A stretch of DNA of 64,000 nucleotides from Felis catus (taxonomy: Eukaryota), in NCBI RefSeq assembly GCF_018350175.1, contig NC_058386.1, positions 125,488,001 through 125,552,000 of the forward strand. The letters run 5' to 3'. The notes below the pieces were generated by a model, which worked only from the letters and a program-made list of their open reading frames with translations, made no database searches and was not told where the DNA came from. This document shows, piece by piece, positions 1 through 9,812 of the stretch. Numbering within the stretch: the stretch's first letter is position 1; each line of letters starts with the position of its first letter. Both the position numbers and the translations under genes were made by a program.

Positions 1-2678
1 TCATTCACATCTCCGCCCAGATGTCACTGTCTCTAAGTCCCCATCTGATCCCCTGTCCCTCCAATCACCGCGGCCAGTCTCTTTCCTTCTGATGGGGGTC
101 CCTGTGCTCCCCCACTACACGGCCAGCCCGGGGAGCACAGGGGAGGTGGCTGTGTGGCTCCCGCATGGGGCCCGGCCCACAGCAGGGGCTCAGGAATGTT
201 CCCCGAGCAAAGAATCCATTTTCCAATCCTCCCTTGATGGGAGGAGAGCTCTCAGCTGTGCAGTTCTGAGGAGGCCTGAGGGATGAGGGGTGTTGCTTTG
301 GCACCCTCCCGGCCACTGATCGGAGCCCCAACTGATGAAGGTATGTGTGCGCCTGGGTGTGCCGAGTGTGTGGACAGTGGGCCACGTGGAAGGGAAGGGC
401 AGGAGGAGAAGAACCAGGAGTCCGTTCCTTGCCCTTAGAATCCCAGGGTTGTGCAGCTAGAAGCAACCTCAGATTCTAGAACTTTGTAAGGAGCCCACAC
501 CCACCACATTAAGATGGAAAGACCGAGGCCTTGAGCACAGAGACTTGCTCCCGACATCACATGGCCAGTCTGTCCAGGGCAGAGCTGTGAGCCCAAAACT
601 CTTTCCAGCAACCCCCAGGCTGTATCCCTGGTTCCTGGAAAATCCCGACACCCCTCCCACCCTGCGCTCCAGACACTAGGCTCAGGGTTAGTGTTGGCCG
701 GGGGCCCTGCCTGTCCCAGCCCAAGTCCACGAGTGAGCTCTGTGTGTAGGAGGGGTGGGCGTGGGAGGGCACCTCAGGTTCTGCTGAGCACCCCCCACCC
801 CTGCAAGCTGGCTCTGCTCTCTGGGAGTTTTCTCAAGGTCCCCATGATGTCCAGGTGCCCCAAGACTGACCAGAGTAGGTGGCCAGGTGGCCACTGGGTC
901 CCCAGCGCAGGAAGGACAGCAGGACAGAACTCCACGGGAGCTGGGGAACTGAGAGGGCCCAGGCCTCGCCCCTTCCTGCCTAGGTGGGTAGAAGCGGGGT
1001 CCCTCCCTCCTCCAGACTGCTGTGCCAGAGAAACCTGGGAGCAGGCTTCCTCCCACCCCCAGCCCAGCTAATGGGAACCAGATGGCAGGATGTTTAGTCA
1101 GCGCCTGGGGAGCGGCACGAACAGGGGAAATGGGTTGGGGGCCAGGATTCCAGAATCTATCCCCAGGCAGGGGGAGGGTCAAAGCAAGGGCTCCTGCCAC
1201 AGTCCCAGTCCGACTCCAGGGGCCCACTTTGGGAAGGGTCCTACCCCTCCTCAGGCAATGCCTGGACCGGGAGACAGGAGGCCCGGCCTCCAGCATCTGA
1301 CCTACCCCCCTCTTGGTTCCTTCTCTGTACTGGGGAGGCTGGGAGCGCTCAGACTTCCAGGATCCCCGCCACACCTTCAGCCTCCATTGCCTGAGTGCTC
1401 CTGCCCCCCAGAGCCTTAGCAGACCACCAGCTCGGGACATCCTGTGTCCCCCAGGGCCACACAGGCACACTGATGGCTTCACCTCTGGCTCCCAACGTAG
1501 TTGCTCATGCTCAGTCCACAGACAGTCTCTGTCTCTAGTCTGTGTGTGGCACAGTCCCAGATTCAGGCCATAAACCAGAGCCCTGGATGGGAGAAGGGAG
1601 AGGGTGCCAGCGGCCCCCGTGTGCTTCATATGGGACTGTGAGCTGGCACGGGGGCTCCTTGAGGGCAAAGGTGCAAGCATGTGAATGCTGAGGAGCCCGG
1701 TGAAGACCCTCTTGCTGGAGACTTCCGCCCTGACCCACCCCCACCCCCTCCTGCATCTCACACCACCCCCGCCCCGTGGCCCTGGACAGAGACCTTGAAC
1801 CCCAGATGGTGGTGGGAAGCTCCTTCCAGATGGCCCTTCTTGGCCCTGCTCCCCCCTCCCTGCACCCTCCCCCAGTTTCCCCCTCTCCCCTCCACCCGAG
1901 CCTTGCCCACAATTAACTCATTTTTTCAGATTGCTTCCAAACATAAGTCAACGCTGGACAGAGCTGTAGGAAAAGCTTCCTCAAAGCTGGCCCCAAAAAG
2001 CCATGTGGTGAGACGGGGCCTCTTTGCCAGCCCCCACCCGCCCGCCCTCGGCTCTCGTAGCGGGGCCTGGGGCTGGGGCCCTCTGAGGGTTGGCCCGGAG
2101 GCCTGTGGTCAGATACCCCCTTCTTCGGCCCACGCTCCGCCCCACGGCCCCTTCCCTCGGGCCCGGCTTCCTTTCCCCCTGGTCCACAGGTGTCCCTCTG
2201 ACCAAGAGGGGAGGCGTGGGGCCTAGAGGCATCTTCGGAGTGCCCGATGACGGTGGTCACACTGGGACCCGGCAGCCCCTGGTTCACATGCAGTTTACGG
2301 TGGGGGTGGTGGCACAGCTACGGAGGCTGCAGGATGGGTAACTGTCCCCTCCACCGACTTTTTCCAGAGGAGAAAATGGAGGTCTGGAGGGAAGGGAGCT
2401 GCCTAGAGGTAGTTAGGGAGCTGGAAGGGGGACCAGCCTGAGGCAGGCCTTGTGCCCAGGTGGCACCGGGGCCCCAAGGGCTGGGGTCCATGCTCGCCAC
2501 CCTAGCTCTGCCCAAGTGTGGTTTCCTCCGGAATTGGGAGGCCTCAGCACTGGCGCCCATGGCAGAAGCCCACAGGCTTGGCAGGTTCCGGGCGGCCCTG
2601 GCACCTGCCCCCTATCCCGGGGACCCAGGAGGCCCTGAGGCCTGCTGCTTGCAAGGCCCGGCCCCTCTCCTTTCCCAG

Positions 2679-2875
2679 CCATGGACGGAGGACCTGGCAG
2701 CCTGGGGTGGGCGGCTTGCCCTGTGGTGGGCCTCACAGGCCCACTGTGTGTGCAGACAGAAACCCCATTCATGGGGGCCACTGGGCCTGGTCCAGTGGAG
2801 AATAAACGCGGGCCTTACAGCAAGAGACCAAGAACACTCAAGTCCAAGAAAAACTCAATCTCTCTTTCTCTTCAG
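2679..2875 (+). pseudogene. Candidate ECMX first coding exon with degraded signal peptide (MDGGPGSLGWAACPVVGLTGPLCVQTE...)
   Basis: Polypyrimidine acceptor ctctcctttcccag ends at 2678. ATG at 2681 is in gccATGG context, followed by a moderately hydrophobic stretch. Donor cag|gtggga follows 2875. Confidence 0.4.
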
Positions 2876-3059
2876 GTGGGAAGAGAGGACGTTGGGGGAA
2901 GTTGGGGGCAAGGGTGGGGGGTATTTGTTTGGGGGGGGGGCCTTCCTGGGGGAGGGCTGGGTCAGGGAGGCTCGGAGCACTGCCGCCAGGGCCAGGAGCC
3001 TAGGGAGCGGGACTGCTCGTGTCCCATCCTGCTGTGGCTACCGCTTTCACCTCTCCCAG

Positions 3060-3254
3060 CTATTCACGCCCTCTCTGGGCCCAGGTGGCCTGCGCGGCCC
3101 AAGCGAAGTGGCCATGAAGAGTATGATGTTCCAGTCCCGGCTTTTTGGGTGGGGTGCTGCCCTGGAGGGGTCCCGGCCAGGCAGGCACCGCCGACTCCCA
3201 TGGGCATGCCGACCCTACAGCCGCCGCCGCCCAGCCAGCCGGGGCCCCCCAACG
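3060..3254 (+). pseudogene. Candidate ECMX N-terminal exon (195 nt, open; ...RPKRSGHEEYDVPVPAFWVGCCPGG...)
   Basis: Acceptor ttcacctctcccag ends at 3059 and a consensus donor g|gtgagt starts at 3255. Length is a multiple of 3. The reading frame is ambiguous because two frames are open. Confidence 0.45.
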
Positions 3255-3925
3255 GTGAGTAGGTGGCACCAGCAGGAAAACTCTGGCAAGCGGGGAGCAG
3301 TCTGTCTTGTTATTAGAATTCCCCCCCCCAACCCTGAGGCTGGCGCAGGAGAGAAAGCCGGTCACCCCAAGGCTGCCCGCCTGGTACTCACCTTGGGGGT
3401 TTCAGCAGGAGCTAGGAGGGACCCAGGGGCCTCAGGAAGCCCTCTCTGGAGGGCAAGGAGGAGTTACAGACTCTGGGAGGCCTGGTGCCTGTAGCCCAGG
3501 GTGAGGGCAGGGGGAGGAGAGACACCCCCTAGGAGGGGCCCCAGCAGATGGGGCTGGAATAATGGATCCAGCTTTGTTGGTTGGGGAGCCAGCTGCCCCG
3601 AGACCTACTGAGGAGACCGGGAGAAGTGTGGGAGGCTGAGAGTGGCAGACCCGGGGCTTGGGTGGGATGCCATAATGGGCCCCAGTAGACCAGCTATGGT
3701 GTGACCTTCGTCCCATATGCCAGTGGTTGGCACCATACTTGGTTGCCCCACCCCAAGGCCTGAGGGCGGGATGAGAGAAGCAGTGGGTGGGCCCAGGCCC
3801 CCACCCCCCGCAGATAGCAGGATCTGCAAGGGAGGCCCATGGTCAATGTCACCATGTGTTAGAGAGGAAGGAGGCAAGCAGGGTGACCCGCTGGCCACTG
3901 GCCTGCTTGTGACATTGAGCAGCAC

Positions 3926-3929
<4 letters not shown>

Positions 3930-3965
<36 letters not shown>
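3930..3965. repeat. (CT)17 microsatellite
   Basis: Direct observation of a perfect dinucleotide run. Confidence 0.97.
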
Positions 3966-3970
<5 letters not shown>

Positions 3971-4250
3971 CTCTCTCGTGCTTGGGGTCCCCCACTCTGG
4001 GGCTATGAAAAGGCGTGCGGGAGACCAAGGAGTCTCTGATACTTGGTAGCCTGGGAGCGGCGGGGGTGGGGGGTCTATGACAGAAGGCTGCAAAGTCCTG
4101 AGGGCAGGAGAGAGAGGCAGAAGTGAGGCCTAGGCAGAGAGAGGAGGGAGGTGGGCCAGCCTGTGACTGGTCTCCCCACTTAGGAAGGAGGTATGGCCTC
4201 AGCCACACAGGGGTCCCAACCAACTGAGCCCACACTGGCTCCTTCTGCAG

Positions 4251-4648
4251 ATCAGGTGCGACCCACCTTCGGGAACCGCAGCCTGGACCAGCCACAGGTG
4301 CAACCCACTTCCAAGGAAGGAGCCCACAAAGCCCCCGCCCAGCACCCAGCACCCAGCTCGAAGGCCCCCACAGGCCAAAGCTGGCTCAGAGGGAGGAGTC
4401 ACCCCGAGCAGCCTGGGAGCAGGAGTGGTGTCACAACGAGGGGCCTAGCAGCAAGCGGGCCCAGCCACAGACCATAGCCAAAATGGGGGCTGAAGCAAGG
4501 CCCCAGGCCACCAAGCTCGGGCCCTTTCAGGCCAGCAGGGCCTCCCGAGCCCAAGAAGGGACAGTGGCCACCAAGGAGGGCCAGGGCAGGAAGGCAGGAG
4601 GCCAGGCACCCAGGCGATAGGGCCCAAAGCCCAGAAGGCCCCCCAAAG
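4251..4648 (+). pseudogene. Candidate ECMX P/Q/K/R/A-rich linker exon with stops and a net frameshift
   Basis: Acceptor ccttctgcag ends at 4250; donor aaag|gtgaga at 4649. Length 398 nt is not a multiple of 3. TAG at 4475-4477 in the entry frame and TAG at 4618-4620 in the exit frame. Confidence 0.5.
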
Positions 4649-4905
4649 GTGAGAACCGGCCAGGACAGGTAGCCCCCAGATGAAGCCTGCAGGGGGTGAT
4701 GGGGCTGTGCCTGAATCTCAAGTGGCTGAGGCTTGGTCACACGTCTCCCAATCATACCAGCGTCACCAGCCCCTCGGGCCCCCACCCTGCTGTCAGTGTG
4801 CCCAAGCTGAGTGGCCCCGCGTACAGGGCCCCGGGCGAGCTCCTGTCCCTCAGCAGGCCCCTGTTGCTACATGACCAGGCTGGGGCTGTGTCTGTTGTCC
4901 TCTAG

Positions 4906-5184
4906 GGGCCTTCCACCAACCTGGCTCAGGGGGCCGGCACCGAAAGAAGGATCATGGCCAAGGCCAAGGTGGCCGCAGCACCAAGAAGACCACAGGCCAC
5001 GGGCAAAAAAGGCCTAGAGGCAGGCACAGGCACGGGTTCACGGACCTGGGCACCTCACAGCAGGCCACGCCATCCCTGCCAGCCTCCTGCCTCCTGACCC
5101 AGGAGGCCATCACCCGCAGCAATGTCAAGATGAAACACGTCCCTGCCCTGACTGACCCTGGCCTAGCCATGCTCCACCTGGCAG
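4906..5184 (+). pseudogene. ECMX exon: basic linker plus LRR N-cap (...SLPASCLLTQEAITRSNVKMKHVPALTDPGLAMLHLA)
   Basis: Acceptor tcctctag ends at 4905; donor gcag|gtcggt. Open for 279 nt. Aligns to ECM2 [36 protein letters not shown]. The second cap Cys is now Arg (cgc, 5115-5117). Confidence 0.85.
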
Positions 5185-5453
5185 GTCGGTGACCCCTTTC
5201 CTCCACACTCACCCTTATGGCAGGAGTAAGAAGGCCACGCACTTGGGGTTCTCCTCTAGTGGGTCCTCGGCCACTGTGGCTGCAGCATCGCTGTGCCTGG
5301 AAATGGCCCACCTACCTGTGCGTCCTGGTTAGCAGTGAGAAGATGCCCTGATGCCCAAGAGCCGGCTCCTCCGGTCCATGTTGGGGAGGTACCGAGTGGC
5401 AGAGGGGAGGGGGACAAGGGAGCGCAGAGTCCAGCTGCCCTGTGTCTGCACAG

Positions 5454-5569
5454 AGCATGAAATGGCCAAGATCCCATCCCGCACGTTCCCCGGGCTGCCA
5501 AATCTGCGGCGGCTGGACCTGAGTCAGAACAAGCTGGATGCCCGAGGCCTGCACCCCTGTGCCTTCAAG
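5454..5569 (+). pseudogene. ECMX LRR exon (EHEMAKIPSRTFPGLPNLRRLDLSQNKLDARGLHPCAFK)
   Basis: Canonical LxxLxLxxNxL repeat; matches ECM2 [39 protein letters not shown]. Boundaries are cag| and |gtgtgc. Confidence 0.92.
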
Positions 5570-5981
5570 GTGTGCAGCACCCTTCTGCTTGTGCTCCCGG
5601 GAGGAGGGCCGGCAGGTCTGAGATGGCTCCAGGCGGCCACCGTGCCTCTCCCCACCCTGCCTGGGGTGATCAGGCCCGGAGGAGGTGCTGTGCAGACCAC
5701 CCAGCATGGTGGGCTTCAGTGATTTGGGACAACACGGTCCACAGCTGGGTGTGGAGAGCAGCGTGGATCCTTGGACCCCCACAAGGGATCCTTGCGTCCC
5801 CACAAGAAGTTCTGGGAGAAACCGAGCAGCGATTCTCAAAACCCGCAGACAGACCTGCTCCAAGCCGCAGTGCAACCAGATAGGTGTCCCTCGGGCAGAA
5901 TCAGCCCAAAGCCATGCCCAGAAGGCCTAGCCTGCCTAGTGGCACCGCGGTCCCCAGCCCCCTCTTCCCCCTGCCCCCCAG

Positions 5982-6049
5982 AATCTGACACGGCTGAAGC
6001 TGGATGGGAACTCGCTGTGCACAGTGCCAGCCCTGCAGCAGCTTTCAGA
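5982..6049 (+). pseudogene. ECMX LRR exon with internal deletions (NLTRLKLDGNSLCTVPAL...)
   Basis: Strong acceptor ending at 5981. About 68 nt, roughly half the equivalent ECM2 exon (~136 nt). Donor position is ambiguous (GT at 6050, 6052 or 6058). Confidence 0.75.
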
Positions 6050-6310
6050 GTGTGGGGGTGGGCCCTGGGGGCAGGAGTTGACAAAGCCAGGCCTGGGAAG
6101 GGGGGCGGGGGGCGGTGGGGGGCTGTTGGTGAGGCAGAGGAGAAGTGCGGGCGAGGGGAGGGCCACCCGGGGCAGCCTGGCTGGAGGGCAGAGAAGGGAG
6201 GACTGGCTGGGACAGTGGCCCTGGCCTCTAGGAGCTACACAGGGAGTTCCCAGGGGGCCCCCAGACCCCTGCAGTCAGGTCACGTGCCTGTCCGCCCACC
6301 TGCCCTGCAG

Positions 6311-6464
6311 GGCTCAGCCGGCTGCTGACGCTGGAGGTGGAAGGGAAACAGCTGCAGTATGGCAACATCTCATCCCTGGCCTTTCAGCCCCTACACAGCC
6401 TGCTCTACCCGGGGTTGGACCGAAACTGCGGACCATCCTACCTGGCCTGCCAGCCTCCCTGCAG
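6311..6464 (+). pseudogene. ECMX LRR exon with 4-nt deletion frameshift (GLSRLLTLEVEGKQLQYGNISSLAFQPLHSLLYPGLDRN / LRTILPGLPASLQ)
   Basis: Boundaries ctgcag| and |gtgagc. Matches ECM2 [53 protein letters not shown]. Frame switches at ~6426; 154 nt versus 158 expected. Confidence 0.9.
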
Positions 6465-6834
6465 GTGAGCCAGTGGGTACAGCTGCCCATGAGGATAGTT
6501 TTAAAGATAAACCCACAGAGCCTCGGTGCCAGAGGGCCTCTTCTCTGACTGACCTAACCTTCCTGAGGCCCACAGTTGGGCCTTGAGGACCGTCTTCGAC
6601 CTTCTGGGTGTCCCTGAACAAGGCTCAGGCCCGCCCTGGGCCCCCCGGCCCCCCTGTGCTGGATGGTGCTCTTTGAGGCCGTGAGGAGCCCTGGCACAGC
6701 TGGAAGGTGTTGCTGGGATCCTCTGCAAGATGGCCATGGCCCCAAGAGGGACAGACATGGCAACACCTGCAAGGGGATAGGGAGCCAGGCCAGGCAGGTG
6801 GGCCCCTCACCCTCACCCTCAGCCCTGGCCCTAG

Positions 6835-6953
6835 GAGCTGTACCTGGGCACCAGTGTCATCAAGGAGGTGACAGAGGGCATGCTGAACCACAGCCTCGGC
6901 GTACTGGTGCTCCGGGAGTACCTCCTGGCACCCCGTGCTTGGATTGACCTTCC
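6835..6953 (+). pseudogene. ECMX LRR exon with in-frame deletions and dead donor (ELYLGTSVIKEVTEGMLNHSLGVLVLREYLLAPRAWIDLP)
   Basis: Matches ECM2 [47 protein letters not shown]. The expected phase-2 donor gtgagt reads gagagt at 6954-6959. Confidence 0.85.
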
Positions 6954-7402
6954 GAGAGTGCTGCCGCCCGACCTGGCACTGTGTGAGCTTTACCCCAATG
7001 GGCACGCGGATGCCCGAGAGGGGGGATTCACTCAGAAGGACCCAGAGAGTCACAAGGAGGGGTGGCTCCATTGCTTTCGGGCCTGGTCTCAGGTGGGTCA
7101 GCTGGGTCATCTGCCTCCCTGCTCAGGGCTCAAGGTGACCTGGGCCCTGAGCCACCCACCTGCTACTCCAAGAGTTTCCTCTGTCCCTCCCACCCAGCAA
7201 GATCCCCAAAGCCACAGAAACCCCTTCCTCTGCTGGGAATTGCCCTGTAGGCCCCCAGCCAGCTCCCCTGGGAGGTGGTGTGGGCAGGGACAGAGGGGCA
7301 GCAGGGGCAGCGGGAACTGGCCAGGTGCTGAGTGAGATCAGCTAGGAGGTGACAGGGCAGGAAGGTGCATGGAAGAGGTGGTGGGCACGGGAAAGAACAG
7401 CA

Positions 7403-7846
7403 TGTGGGTGTCCTGGGGCATACCAGACAAATGCCACATACAGGGTAGCTTAAGATAAACAGATTTCTACTCCCACAGCTCTGGAGGCCGGAAGTCTAAA
7501 ATCGAGGTGTTGACAGGGTCACACTCCCTCCACAGGCTCTAGGGCACAATCCTTCCTCGCCTCTTCCAGCTTGGTGGCCCCGCGTGTTCCTTGGCTTATG
7601 ACCACACCACTCTAGTGTTGGCCTCCGTTGTCACATGGCCTTTTCCTCTGTGTGTCTCTGTGTCTGTCCTCTTTTGTCTCTTATAAGGACACTTGTCTGT
7701 CATTGAATTTAGGGCCCTCCCTAATCCAGGATGAGCTCGTCTTGAGATCCTTCACTTACATAGGCAAAGACCCTTTTGCCAAATAAGGTCATGTTGACAG
7801 GTTCGGGGCAGACGTATATTTGGGGGCTACTATTCACCCCACTACG
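7403..7846 (-). mobile_element. MLT1B-like MaLR solo LTR in an ECMX intron
   Basis: Diagnostic blocks cacagctctggaggccggaagtc, tcttataaggacact...tcattgaatttagggccc, gcaaagacccttttgccaaataaggtca and terminal ttcaccccactac. Confidence 0.85.
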
Positions 7847-9048
7847 GGAAGGGTCCAGAATGAGTCCTTATGATCTGGTTTGGACAACTGGGTGGAGGTG
7901 CCAGCAGAAGGGATCCCGGAGGAGACTCGGCTCTTACAGGCACTGCCTAAGGAGTAAGGACGTGGTCCTGGGAGCAAGCAGCAGGAGGGCTGGGAAGTAC
8001 AATCCGTGGGGTCTGGTGACCGCCATGGCAGGGCAGGGGGTGGTAGGCAGGGGTCAACAGACACTCCAACCGTACATTCCAGGGACCAGAGCCTCCCGCC
8101 CTGTACCCTCATGTTCCAGGAAAATGTTACCAGGACGTTTGGGTTTAATTATTCTTTTTTCCTCCCCCCCCCCTTGCCAAGGGGGCAAAGGAAAGCAGAC
8201 AGCAGCCTAGGGAGGGGCCTCCCAGCCACTGTTCCACTCCCACCACGGGGCCTGGGCAGGGGGCCGGCGGCCGGTCAAGGCCTGCTGGTGCCGCCCCGCT
8301 TTCCTCTGGCTGGTGGAAGAGGAGGGGGCCCCTCCGCTGGCAAGGCGGAAGCCCTGGAGCCCCAGCCCCCGTGGGCTGAGGGGCGGCATGGGCCCCAAGG
8401 CCAAAGGGCTGGCCCACCCACAGGAGCTGGGGATGTCACAGCCCGCGTGGAGTGACCTGGGCTGACGTCCACCCAAGCTGCACCATCTGCTTCCCTGATC
8501 CCTCAGGGTCCCCAGCCGCGGCCCCTGGGAGCCTTAGTTTTCTCTCCGTCCCCATCCGTCTTCTGCTGATCAGACTGAGTGAGACAGGAAGAGGACAAGA
8601 GAGTGTGTAAGGACGAGAGGAAAGGGCTCTGGAGCTGAGCGGGGCAGAGTGGAGACAGACTGAAGTGGGCCAGCACCTGTATCTGCACTGCTTTGTCCCC
8701 TGGACGTTTTAGGAGCCCCCGAGGCGGGGGAAGGAGTGGGAGAACGCTGGCCTCACTAGCCCTGTGGTGAACTGGGAAGGGCCCCACCCAGATCCCCTTT
8801 TCCCAGCCTCTTCAGACAGAGGAGGACGCAGAAGCCAGACAGGGCCTGGCCTGACTCACGGTCAGGCTGCAGCTGGCCTCCCGGCCCTTCCCAACGGTTG
8901 AGAGCTCTGGTGGCCTCTGCCACCTGGGAGCCAATGCCCACTCTCTTCTTGGGTGTGGACCAGGCACCTTGATTTGCAGCTTCGGCTGTGGCTGCGGTTT
9001 CTCCTGGGCACCACCGGCTCACCCCACACCTGAACACCCATCCTGCAG

Positions 9049-9373
9049 GAAGCTGGAGACCCTCGACCTGTCCCACGACCCGCTGGTGCACGTGCCTTCC
9101 TTCCGCCACGGGGCCTTCGGCGCCTGCCACCACACCACAACCACACAAGCGCATCCCCGGCTACGCGTTTGCGCACACGAAGCCAGGCCTGGAGCTCCTG
9201 TCCCTGTCCCACGAAAGCCTGTGCACCGACGGCGTCCATGGCGTGTGCTTCCTCGGCCTTCGCGCCTCCCTGACCAGGCCGCTGCTGGATCGCAACCAGC
9301 TGCGGGCCGTCCCCCGGGGCCTCGGGGGCCTCAGGGGGCTGCGGGGGCTGCGTCGGAGCCACAAGAAGATCAG
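9049..9373 (+). pseudogene. ECMX large LRR exon with two 1-nt deletions (KLETLDLSHDPLVHVPSF / PRGLRRL / KRIPGYAFAHTKPGLELLSLSH...RSHKKIR)
   Basis: Boundaries ctgcag| and ag|gtgggg. Collinear with ECM2 [23 protein letters not shown]...[22 protein letters not shown]...NNNKIR. Frameshifts at ~9104 and ~9145. Confidence 0.92.
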
Positions 9374-9812
9374 GTGGGGCTGTATGCCTGGCCCAACACG
9401 CTGTCCCACTACGCCCCACTGCCAGCCAGGGGAGAGAAGGGCAGCTGAGGCCGGGGGCGGGGAGGGGGGGCCCTGCCTGGAAGGTGGGCCCACGGGAGGA
9501 GCCCATCACTGCTCCTATCCATATCCACCTTGGTTGTCACGACAGGAGGCCGTGCCCAGTGGTTGGCAGGCCCGGGCAGCCACGGTGGAGGGCTGCAAGC
9601 GGCAGAAATCTGGGCAGGGGTGGCCAAGGGGGAGGTGAGAGGGCCCTGGCCCAGAGACAAGAGGGCTGAGCCTCCAGTGGGGAGGTGGCAAGTGGTGGCC
9701 GTGACCTGCGTGACCAGCTTCCCTGGGTCTGTTTCTCTCCTCTTGTATGACACCTGCCTCTGCTTTCTGGGGTCTTCACTCCTCCACTTGACCCTGCCAC
9801 CCCACTCTATAG

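Noticed and set aside
688-1761. 357-aa minus-strand ORF (and similar ORFs at 35487-36617 and 57336-58433)
   Set aside because: No recognisable homology or exon structure; expected by chance at this GC content. One overlaps an LTR and another is antisense to an ATP2B3 exon.
60-2345. Possible non-coding first exons of ECMX (donor-like sites at 341 and 2338)
   Set aside because: Only isolated donor-like motifs; they cannot be distinguished from background without transcript data.
8969-9638. ORFs 8969-9448 and 8988-9638 as independent genes
   Set aside because: They are different frames of one frameshifted ECMX exon.
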